A stretch of 31,770 bases of DNA from a virus (lineage: Duplodnaviria; Caudoviricetes). The position numbers and the translations under genes were made by a program. Below the pieces are notes generated by a model. That model saw only the letters and a list, made by a program, of their open reading frames with translations. It ran no database searches and was not told the DNA's origin. The stretch lies in IMG/VR virus record IMGVR_UViG_3300036824_000112, positions 1 through 31,770 of that record; one strand, 5' to 3'. Shown here piece by piece: positions 9,374 to 16,734 of this stretch; the first letter of the stretch is position 1, and each line of letters opens with the position of its first letter.

Positions 9374-9690
9374 CGCGTTGCCCATCCAATGTCGCCCGGC
9401 TGCGTGACCAAGTAGCCCATCGTCCGGATAGCCGACAGCACCGCATCCGCTTCAACGGTAGCGAGTCGGCTCATCTGTGTATTGCTGCGCAGGAAATCGC
9501 TTATGATGGACAATTCTGCGTCGCTCATGACGTTGCCGCCAGTCGAACCGATCGCCTGAATCGCGAAACCGGCGTTCGTCATTGCGTCGAACACGGCTTG
9601 GACTTCCGCGAAGCTGAGCCGCGAAAGCGGGGTGCTGTTGCGCAACGCGATGTTCAACGCGTCGGCTTGAGGTTGCGTCAATGCGGTCAT
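9370..9690 (-). CDS. 106-aa hypothetical protein made of two tandem ~45-aa repeats
   Basis: ATGA overlap at 9690..9687. LRNSTPLSRLSFAEVQAVFDAMTNAGFAI aligns with LRSNTQMSRLATVEADAVLSAIRTMGYLV. Confidence 0.65.
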   Translation of the reverse strand: MTALTQPQADALNIALRNSTPLSRLSFAEVQAVFDAMTNAGFAIQAIGSTGGNVMSDAELSIISDFLRSNTQMSRLATVEADAVLSAIRTMGYLVTQPGDIGWATR

Positions 9691-9998
9691 GGATGCGTGC
9701 TTCCCTGCAAGACGGTGACGGTCGTTCCCGCGGTCGACCACGCATAGATCGCGTCACTAAGCGCGACATCGCCAGTCAGGACAATCGAGCCGCCCTGGCC
9801 GCCAGCCGACGAAGCGGGATCGAGCGGAACGCCGTCGGTCGCGGAGGCTGGTGCGGTTTTGGTCTTCCAAACGAGCGAGCCGGCGCCATTGTTGGCGATG
9901 ATGAGAAGTCGATTGCCGAGCATCTGGCCCGCAATCTGCGCTGGCGTATTCGCCGCAAGAGTGGTGGACGTGACGACTCCGGAAGTGGTGAAGCTCAC
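9687..9998 (-). CDS. 103-aa beta-rich putative virion structural/decoration protein
   Basis: GTG start with GAAGGA RBS; Thr/Gly/Ala-rich beta pattern (NRLLIIANNG...GVPLDP...IYAWS); first gene of the late operon. Confidence 0.55.
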   Translation of the reverse strand: MSFTTSGVVTSTTLAANTPAQIAGQMLGNRLLIIANNGAGSLVWKTKTAPASATDGVPLDPASSAGGQGGSIVLTGDVALSDAIYAWSTAGTTVTVLQGSTHP

Positions 9999-10020
9999 AA
10001 GAGTGTTTCCTTCGGAACTG

Positions 10021-10058
10021 AAAAATCCCCGCGGCGACCAATCAAGGTCAGCGCGGGG
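10021..10058 (-). terminator. Terminator/attenuator hairpin directly before the late operon
   Basis: Minus strand reads CCCCGCGCTGACC-TTGATT-GGTCGCCGCGGGG-ATTTTT. Confidence 0.6.
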
Positions 10059-10075
10059 CGGTGAATTGCAGAACG

Positions 10076-10096
10076 TTGCATTACATTGTCATGCAA
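10076..10096. promoter_or_regulatory. Palindromic operator-like site
   Basis: TTGCATTACA-T-TGTCATGCAA; 9 of 10 arm positions are complementary. Confidence 0.5.
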
Positions 10097-10239
10097 AACT
10101 TATCGAAACGACAACGGCGCTAGTGATTGCGTGGTGACCGAACTACAGAACCGGTGCTTATCGCCGCAGTTCGCGAGTGATTTCAACTGCGTGACTCGAT
10201 CGGGAAGGGCGGCTACTACCGGTTTTACTACCATCGGCC

Positions 10240-10701
10240 TCAATAGGGCGGCGCCGGCATGGATGCAGACTGGTCAATGACCAGGGCAGGCGCATGTTCG
10301 ATCGTCTTCGCGAAGCTGGACCGCAGGTATGTTGCAATGCCGGCAAACAGTTCCTCCGGCGGAACGTCGCCTAGCTTCGCTTGCTCGATCGCTTCAAGCA
10401 CGCCGCGCAATTCGGCATACTCGTCGGCGGTCAATCCCGCAGGCGTGGCTTGCTGCACGCTCACGAACACGTCGCGCGGCAAGAGCCCGAATGCAATCGT
10501 CGCGAACTTGCCAGGGTCTTCGGTTGCGAGGTGACGCAGCACCGCGGCGCCATACGTCGACCAGGTGTCGGCCAGATCGGCGATCAGCCGTTCCGCGATC
10601 TTCTGTCGGTTCGTCGGGCCGCGTCCGTTCGGGTTTCCGCTCACGCCCGGTTGCCAGTTGGGATTGCCAGGGCGATCGTATTTGCGGATTTGATTACTCA
10701 T
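10240..10701 (-). CDS. DUF5681-type putative terminase small subunit
   Basis: N-terminal WQPGVSGNPNGR motif followed by helices (DPGKFATIAFGLLPR); GAAGGA RBS. Confidence 0.7.
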   Translation of the reverse strand: MSNQIRKYDRPGNPNWQPGVSGNPNGRGPTNRQKIAERLIADLADTWSTYGAAVLRHLATEDPGKFATIAFGLLPRDVFVSVQQATPAGLTADEYAELRGVLEAIEQAKLGDVPPEELFAGIATYLRSSFAKTIEHAPALVIDQSASMPAPPY

Positions 10702-10844
10702 ATTTTCGATTCCTTCGCAGTGCAGTTATCAGTTGAGTTTCGCCGCAATCATCCGTTGACTTGATCGTTCGAAGCGCGGCGACGCTCATTGAGACGTATT
10801 TTTCCAGGTTGATGCTGTCGTTCGCTTAAGCCTTTGAGATTGCA

Positions 10845-10950
10845 GTGTCCCCCGTAGCGTCCCCGTCCCTTTGCGTATCTAGGATACGGGTCCAAAGCGT
10901 ATCCAAGTGTCCCCCATTCCTTTAGGATGGGGACATGGGACGGGGGACGG
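10845..10950. repeat. Putative replication origin: GTCCC(C) iterons with inverted GGGAC copies
   Basis: Four GTCCC copies at 10847-10914, three GGGAC copies at 10930-10948 and GCGTATC twice, at the 3' end of the helicase gene. Confidence 0.6.
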
Positions 10951-12070
10951 CTACAGCGGCGATGTTTCCAGGTAGAGGATTGATCCGGACAAACCCGTCC
11001 GGTTCTGCAATTAAATGTTGAGCCACACTGTCCCGCAGTTTCTTAAATGCGGAGCGCGGATTTTTCGCTTTGAGATTGAGCAAGCCCACCCTGGCCAATT
11101 CCTCTTTCCAAAAATCGACATGCACAGCGCCGGATTGGCCACGCTCTGCAATGGCACGCGTGAGGGCGTCCAGCGCCTGTGCATGTTTGCCGGTCAATGA
11201 TTGCGAAGCGGCTGTGCGGGCTTCTGGGACCGGCGTACCGGCAGCCAGGATTGCCACGGTGTACGGGTCGCGGTCCGTGCCATCGGACCATTTGCCGCGC
11301 ACCGTCACTTCCTCCATCTTAAACGACGCAATCGGTCCTTCGGGTTGGTCGTTGGCTTTGACAATCGTCGCGGTGCGCACCTTGTCGCCAGATATTTGCA
11401 CCGCCATGTCGACGTGACCGAGTTTAGCATTGCTACCGCGCTCGCCAGCCCCTTCGTTCTTGCCGGTGTGACCGATCGTCGCGATGTGAAAGTGACCGGC
11501 AGCCGCTTCGCGGATTTGCTTGAGATGCAATGCTGCGAGGTTCTGCGTCTCGGCGTCATTTTCTTTGCCGGCCGCAATGGCTTTCGAATTCGTGTCGAAG
11601 ATCACAAGCCCGACGCCGCAATGGCTGGCGACCTCAAATCTATTGATCGTATCCGCCACGATGCTGACGCAAGCCGGATCGAGCAAGTTGATCGTCTTGC
11701 CAACCACCGCGATCGGAAGATCGCCAGGCAGTCCGTCGCGGGCCGCATATGCCGCAAGCCGGCGTCGGGTCAGTCCCGCGCGTTCAATCGCGAAGTAGAC
11801 TACTCCGCGATTTTCGCTAATTTTGAGGTCTTCGTCGTCGTCGGTGGAGTTCCGAGCGAACTTGTGTCCTCGCCAATCGCGGCCGCTTGCGACGTGAACG
11901 GCAATATCAGTCTTCAGTGCGCTCTTGAGCGAACCCGGAGGCCCGAACCAGGTCGAGTCTTCATCAAGCGCAATGACGCCTTCGATCAGCCAAGTTTTCG
12001 GCGGCTCGGTGAAGCAGTCTTCGAAGGTGTCGAATTCCAGAGCATGCGGGTAATCATTGTCGTCAGACAT
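10922..12070 (-). CDS. AAA_25 / RepA-like (SF4) replicative helicase with no primase domain
   Basis: WLIEGVI, Walker A GPPGSLKS, VVYFAIE, Walker B VIFDT, IGHTGK, RGSNAKLGHVD. Confidence 0.85.
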   Translation of the reverse strand: MSDDNDYPHALEFDTFEDCFTEPPKTWLIEGVIALDEDSTWFGPPGSLKSALKTDIAVHVASGRDWRGHKFARNSTDDDEDLKISENRGVVYFAIERAGLTRRRLAAYAARDGLPGDLPIAVVGKTINLLDPACVSIVADTINRFEVASHCGVGLVIFDTNSKAIAAGKENDAETQNLAALHLKQIREAAAGHFHIATIGHTGKNEGAGERGSNAKLGHVDMAVQISGDKVRTATIVKANDQPEGPIASFKMEEVTVRGKWSDGTDRDPYTVAILAAGTPVPEARTAASQSLTGKHAQALDALTRAIAERGQSGAVHVDFWKEELARVGLLNLKAKNPRSAFKKLRDSVAQHLIAEPDGFVRINPLPGNIAAVAVPRPMSPS

Positions 12071-12129
12071 CAGGTGTGGATTTCTGCGGCACGAATGTGC
12101 AGCGGTCAGAAACCCGATCGAGAAAGCGC

Positions 12130-12227
12130 TTGATTTTTAGAGCCGGTTGCGTTATGAAACTAGTTATCGAGCCAATTCCAGAACGCAATTCAGCCCCGGT
12201 CGCGCGCCAACGCGGTCGGGGTTTTTG
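12130..12227 (+). ncRNA. Putative antisense small RNA unit between xis and the helicase
   Basis: TTGATT (12130)-N17-TATGAA (12153) promoter and a 12-bp hairpin at 12193-12222 followed by a T-tract, opposite the xis-helicase transcript. Confidence 0.45.
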
Positions 12228-12229
12228 CT

Positions 12230-12427
12230 TTAGGCGGCTTCAATGCCGAGCAGTTTGCGCAGCGCCACCGTTGGGACACGGTATCCACCACCGACTCGTA
12301 TCGTCGGGATGTGGCCGGCCTTGGCGGCGGCGTAGCTTGCGCCTTTCCCCAACTCGAAGCAGATGCGACCGACCTCTTGAATCGAGGCGGTTGGTTTCGA
12401 TAACAGCGCCTTTAGTTCTTCGTTCAT
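12230..12427 (-). CDS. Excisionase-like winged HTH protein
   Basis: Start MNEE with GAAAGGA RBS; ASYAAAKAGHIPTIRVGGGYRVP is an HTH_17/Xis pattern; divergent from the repressor and integrase. Confidence 0.8.
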   Translation of the reverse strand: MNEELKALLSKPTASIQEVGRICFELGKGASYAAAKAGHIPTIRVGGGYRVPTVALRKLLGIEAA

Positions 12428-12445
12428 GTGAAATTTCCTTTCCGT

Positions 12446-12515
12446 GTTGCGTGGGGCCATATTTGGCTCCAAATGTAAAACTTTTCCCTAATAGTTGCGT
12501 GGGGCCACATTTGGC
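12446..12515. promoter_or_regulatory. Two 22-bp operator repeats in the divergent switch region
   Basis: GTTGCGTGGGGCCA(T/C)ATTTGGC at 12446-12467 and 12494-12515, each containing the dyad GCCA-N4-TGGC. Confidence 0.7.
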
Positions 12516-12556
12516 GCTATATTGCCCAAAGAGTTGGATATGATGGGGTAGGGACA

Positions 12557-12802
12557 ATGGCTCGGAAGCCGAGCGATCCGGTGAAGCTGAATCTGCGTTT
12601 CAATGAAGCTTTGCGCGCGAACCTGGAAAAGCAGGCGGTCAAAAACAATCGCTCAATGAACGAAGAGATTGTTCGCCGACTCGAAGAGTCCTTTCACCGC
12701 GAGGAGATCAGGGCGCTTGTCGAGAAATTGGCGCAGGACGTCACCGTGCAAGTTACCGAGGTCATAAAACAGGGTGTTCCGCTCAAAGGGGACAAGAAAT
12801 GA
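12557..12802 (+). CDS. Arc-family (RHH) repressor
   Basis: LNLRFNEALRANLEKQAVKNNRSMNEEIVRRLEESF is a classic Arc pattern; ATGA overlap with the integrase. Confidence 0.88.
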   Translation: MARKPSDPVKLNLRFNEALRANLEKQAVKNNRSMNEEIVRRLEESFHREEIRALVEKLAQDVTVQVTEVIKQGVPLKGDKK

Positions 12803-13965
12803 AGGGGCACGTCACTCTACAGGGCAAGGTCTGGTATGCCGTGATCGATACTCGCGACGCGGCGGGCACCCGAAAGCGCAAATGGCACAAGCTGCCGGAC
12901 GCGAAAGGCAAGCGCGACGCACAGACGGCCTGCGGCAAGCTCATCGCGGAAATGGGCAACGGCGATTATGTCGAACCGTCAAAGACGACCCTGGCGCAAT
13001 TTTTCGTCCGGTGGCTGAAACACATCAAGCCGAACGTCTCGCCCCGCACGCACGAACGATATGCGCAGATCGCCACCAAGAATCTCGCTCCGCTGCTCGG
13101 CGGCAAGCTGCTCTCAAAGCTACAGCCGATCGATATCAGCGGCGCTTATGCCGCGGCACTGGAAAGCGGCCGGTGCGACGGGAAGGGCGGTCTATCGCCC
13201 CGCACAGTCCATCACATGCACCGGGTTCTGTACTCCGCCCTTGACCAAGCCGAGCGCTGGAAACTGATCGTCCGCAACCCGGCGGCACTGCTCGAAAAGC
13301 GCGATCGGCCGAAGATTGAGCGTAAGCCGGTCCCCACGATCGACGCGCCGACGACCGCGACCGTGTTTGACGCTGCGCGAGAACGCCGGCTGTTTATTCC
13401 GCTCGTGCTCGCCACGTTGTGCGGTCTGCGTCGGGGCGAGATTACCGCGCTTCGCTGGCGGTCAGTCGACCTTGATTCGGGTCAGCTCGCCGTTGTGGCG
13501 AGCACCGAACAAACGGATGCCGGCGCCATCCGGGAGAAAGAGGCCAAGAGCGGGAAGACGCGCACAATCGCGCTGCCGTCGCTCGCCGTAGAGGAATTGC
13601 GGCGCTGGCGGCTTGAGCAGGCCCAAGAGCTTCTGCGGCTCGGCGTGCGCGCGGACGAGACCTGGCACGTCGTTACCCAATTCGACGGCTCGCCCTTGCA
13701 GCCGCGCAGCCTCACGCACGTCATGTCGGCCTTCCTGAGCGAATGGGGGATGACGCTGCACAAGATGCGGCACACCCACGCCAGCCACATGCTCGCCGCC
13801 AAGGTTCACCCGAAGGTCGTCCAGGAGCGGCTAGGGCACTCATCGATCGCAATCACGATGGATATTTATTCCCATCTGATGCCGAACATGCAGGGCGAGG
13901 CCGCCGCGGCGGTTGACGTGGCCCTGCGTGCCGCCATAAACAAGCGCGCCGACGACGTTGGGTAG
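12799..13965 (+). CDS. int: Tyrosine integrase (ICEBs1/phiLC3-like)
   Basis: GLRRGEITALRW, KSGKTRTI, HKMRHTHAS, RLGHSSIAITMDIYSH; all catalytic residues present. Confidence 0.95.
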   Translation: MKGHVTLQGKVWYAVIDTRDAAGTRKRKWHKLPDAKGKRDAQTACGKLIAEMGNGDYVEPSKTTLAQFFVRWLKHIKPNVSPRTHERYAQIATKNLAPLLGGKLLSKLQPIDISGAYAAALESGRCDGKGGLSPRTVHHMHRVLYSALDQAERWKLIVRNPAALLEKRDRPKIERKPVPTIDAPTTATVFDAARERRLFIPLVLATLCGLRRGEITALRWRSVDLDSGQLAVVASTEQTDAGAIREKEAKSGKTRTIALPSLAVEELRRWRLEQAQELLRLGVRADETWHVVTQFDGSPLQPRSLTHVMSAFLSEWGMTLHKMRHTHASHMLAAKVHPKVVQERLGHSSIAITMDIYSHLMPNMQGEAAAAVDVALRAAINKRADDVG

Positions 13966-14024
13966 TAAAGCGGTAGTAAGTCCTCGATTTGTTCTCGCGA
14001 GACTGCTTCTAACCCATTGATTTT
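13961..14024. promoter_or_regulatory. att arm of the left element: arm-type repeats plus IHF site
   Basis: GGTAGTAA at 13961 and 13972. Minus-strand AATCAATGGGTTA (14022..14010) matches the IHF consensus WATCAANNNNTTR. Confidence 0.65.
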
Positions 14025-14032
14025 GTTAGCAC

Positions 14033-14122
14033 GGAAGGGTGGCCGAGTGGTTTAAGGCACCGGTCTTGAAAACCGGCGTGCCCGCAAGGGTACCGTGGGT
14101 TCGAATCCCACCCCTTCCGCCA
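14033..14122 (+). tRNA. tRNA-Ser(TGA)
   Basis: Acceptor stem GGAAGGG/CCCTTCC plus GCCA end, anticodon arm CCGGT-CTTGAAA-ACCGG, long variable arm GTGCCC-GCAA-GGGTAC, T-loop GGTTCGAATCC. Confidence 0.98.
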
Positions 14123-14140
14123 TCTCCTTATGTTTCCCCA

Positions 14141-14265
14141 TCTACCCACGTCTTAACGCTACCAAAAAATGCTGCTTTGGCAGTGACTTGACCTCTTATC
14201 TGCTCTAAATGTGTCTTCCGAAGTCTACCCACATCTGTGATTCTGACGTGGGGTAAGACGTGGGT
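14141..14265. repeat. attL arm-type repeats of the right element
   Basis: TCTACCCAC at 14141 and 14224; 12-bp inverted repeat ACCCACGTCTTA (14144-14155) / TAAGACGTGGGT (14254-14265); GACGTGGG at 14245 and 14257. Confidence 0.6.
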
Positions 14266-14281
14266 TTTGGAGGACACTTTT

Positions 14282-15448
14282 ATGGGCGCACTCCACGTTT
14301 TGACGGCACTTCAGGTGAAGAACGCGGCAGTGGGAGCGAAGCTCTCCGATGGCGGCGGCCTGCGCCTTGACGTCGATCCGCGCGGGGGCCGGTCGTGGGT
14401 GTTTCGCTACAAATCCCCGGTGACCGGCAAAGAGCGCTACATGGGCTTGGGAGCCGCGCCTAACGGCAGTGTCGATGCCGCGCGCAAGAGCCTTGCGGAG
14501 GCGCGGGACACGGCGGACAAGGTGCGCAAGCTGCTCCGGGAGGGCAAGGACCCCATCGAGCACAGGAACGAGTTGCGCACGGCTGAGAAGGTCAAAGCGG
14601 CGAAGGCGATCAGCTTCAAGGATTACGCCGATCAGTTCATCGCCATTCACGAATCCGGATGGAAAAATCCCAAGCACCGCCAGCAGTGGCGTAACTCGCT
14701 TCGCGACTACGTTTACCCGATTATTGGCAACAAAGCCGTCCCCGAGATCGTAACGGGTGACGTGGTTAGGGTGCTTTCTCCGATCTGGACGACGAAGAAA
14801 GAGACGGCCGCTCGCATTCGCGGCCGTATTGAGCAGATACTTGATGCCGCGACAGCGAAAGAAATCCGGATTGGTGACAACCCCGCTAGGCTTAACATCG
14901 TCAAGCACTTGGTTCCAAAACAGAAGCGTAAGGCGGACGTGCAGCATCACCCCGCTTTGCCCTATCAGGAAATGCCGAAGTTTTGGAAGTCTCTTGCCGA
15001 TGACACCAGCGATGCTGCTCGCATGTTGCGTTGGATCATCCTGACTGCCTGCCGATTTAATGAAGCGTACTCAATCGACCAAGCGGCCGAGATAGATGGC
15101 GATCTCTGGACCATCCCGAAAGCCCGAATGAAGGCCCGGCGCATTCACCTTGTGCCTCTCACTTCCCTTGCTCTCGCTCAGTTGCCCTTTCGGCCGGTCA
15201 GCGACGTCACCCTGTCAAATTGCATCAAGCGCCATACGAACATCCGAGCCACAACGCACGGCATGCGCTCCACCTTCAGGGATTGGGTCGGAGATGAGAC
15301 AGAAGCGGCCTGGGAGGTCGCTGAGGCGGCTATAGCGCACGCTACCGGTGACGAGTCAAAGGCCGCTTACCGGCGTGGAACGGCCCTGGAGAAGCGGCGG
15401 AAGCTGATGGACGAGTGGGCTGAGTTCTGCGCGTCCGGTCGGACGTAG
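14282..15448 (+). CDS. int: P4-family tyrosine integrase
   Basis: GGAGG RBS before ATG 14282; arm-binding domain SDGGGLRL...SWVFRY...MGLG; TACRFNE, RMKARRIHLVPL, HGMRSTFRDW, AIAH, AAYRRG. Confidence 0.95.
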   Translation: MGALHVLTALQVKNAAVGAKLSDGGGLRLDVDPRGGRSWVFRYKSPVTGKERYMGLGAAPNGSVDAARKSLAEARDTADKVRKLLREGKDPIEHRNELRTAEKVKAAKAISFKDYADQFIAIHESGWKNPKHRQQWRNSLRDYVYPIIGNKAVPEIVTGDVVRVLSPIWTTKKETAARIRGRIEQILDAATAKEIRIGDNPARLNIVKHLVPKQKRKADVQHHPALPYQEMPKFWKSLADDTSDAARMLRWIILTACRFNEAYSIDQAAEIDGDLWTIPKARMKARRIHLVPLTSLALAQLPFRPVSDVTLSNCIKRHTNIRATTHGMRSTFRDWVGDETEAAWEVAEAAIAHATGDESKAAYRRGTALEKRRKLMDEWAEFCASGRT

Positions 15449-15748
15449 GGGGGGGTATTCAATTGCCCGAGCGATTGCCCGTTCCATTGATAGATTGCCC
15501 CTAAGAGGCATATATAGACGATAACCGCCGCGTAACACGGAATAGGCGCGGCGCAGACCAGAGCGGTATTCGGCGCGTCTCTGGTGTCAGACGGAAGCGA
15601 CACGTCGCCCCGGCCGTTACCGGTCGAGTCAGGGTCAAAACCTGGCTGATAAGGGTTCCCGCTCAGCGGGCTTTGGGCCGAAATACGCACCGGGCTTCGG
15701 CTCGGCTCCGACTATCAACAGCCCGCCTAGGGCAATCGGAGTCGAACT

Positions 15749-16021
15749 ATGCCTAAAGCCACCCGGCGCCGCGTCCCGCGCACGACCAATCTCGTCAATT
15801 TTCCCACCGATTATCCGAACGCCTACCGCTACCAGGGCACAGAGTTCTTCTGCGGCGCTCTTGGCGGAGCGTCACTACCCGCATTTTACAAATACCGCGC
15901 AGAAGGACTGATCCCGCCGCCTGACGTGAAGCGCGGACACCTGAACGCGTGGAAGGAAACCACCATCGCGGCTGCCGTCGAGGCGTTCGCCGCGCGCTCG
16001 CGCACCGCCGTCCAAGCCTAA
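15749..16021 (+). CDS. AlpA/excisionase-like protein
   Basis: SLPAFYKYRAEGLIPPPDVKRGHLNAW winged-HTH pattern; located after a P4-like integrase. Confidence 0.7.
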   Translation: MPKATRRRVPRTTNLVNFPTDYPNAYRYQGTEFFCGALGGASLPAFYKYRAEGLIPPPDVKRGHLNAWKETTIAAAVEAFAARSRTAVQA

Positions 16022-16113
16022 ACACCCGCCAATAGACCATGACGCGTGCTGTCGTGACGGCCCTTCGACGGGCAGTCGCGCTCGCGCGCACGGTTCACGT
16101 CCGAGGACTTAAC

Positions 16114-16734
16114 TTGAAACACATTCCGCCTGACGCGCTTTGCCGCGCCGATACCCATGCGTCCATAGCGCCCGCCTTCCGAGAGGAATTGGAGAGCTGC
16201 ATACCCGTGCTTCGCCGATACGCCCGCAAGCTAGGCGGCGCCGATCTTGGCGAAGACTTCTTACAGGAAACGCTCTCGCGCGCTCTTGCGTGCGAGACGG
16301 CTTATCGGACGGAAGGAGCAATGCTTGCATGGCTCCGTCAAATCCTGAAGAACATCGCCCGCGATCAGCATAAGAAACGCCAGCGCTATGAGCTATTTTG
16401 CGATCTCGCGCCCGATATAGAGGGCGATGAATCTGGCGGCGATGCGGGGGACTTTGCGTCGACCGTTCCTGATGACACCACTCTCGGTGCACGGGAAACG
16501 CAGCTCGATGCAAAAAAGTTCATTGAGCTTGCTGCAAAAGTCATCGGCTCGGAAACGTGGCGATGCCTGGAGCTGACGGCGAGGGGATTCTCGTCGGAGG
16601 AGATCGCAAGCCAACTCGGCATTAGCCGGTCAGCAGTACGGCAGAATGTCTCGCGCGGTCGCAAAGCAATGGAAGCTCTCCGCGCCGCCCTCCAACAAAA
16701 AGCCTCTAAGCCTAGCCGGAAGAAGCCCCGATGA
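16114..16734 (+). CDS. ECF-type RNA polymerase sigma factor
   Basis: Region 2 LRRYARKL...EDFLQET...AWLRQILKNIARD and region 4 GFSSEEIASQLGISRSAVRQNVSRGR. Likely TTG start at 16114 after GAGGA; the ORF is open from 16039. Confidence 0.85.
   Translation: MKHIPPDALCRADTHASIAPAFREELESCIPVLRRYARKLGGADLGEDFLQETLSRALACETAYRTEGAMLAWLRQILKNIARDQHKKRQRYELFCDLAPDIEGDESGGDAGDFASTVPDDTTLGARETQLDAKKFIELAAKVIGSETWRCLELTARGFSSEEIASQLGISRSAVRQNVSRGRKAMEALRAALQQKASKPSRKKPR

Larger units (their letters stand above)
1..14032. mobile_element. Left integrated element: putative podovirus-type phage satellite or reduced prophage; left end outside the window
   Basis: Integrase ends 67 bp upstream of tRNA-Ser. Contains Arc repressor, xis, helicase plus ori, TerS, TerL, tail fibre, ejection-like and scaffold-like genes. 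No second att copy was seen in the window. Confidence 0.8.

Noticed and set aside
15150-15260. Right integrase as a pseudogene because of the short segment before HGMR
   Set aside because: The frame is intact and all catalytic residues (R, K, H, R, H, Y) are present.
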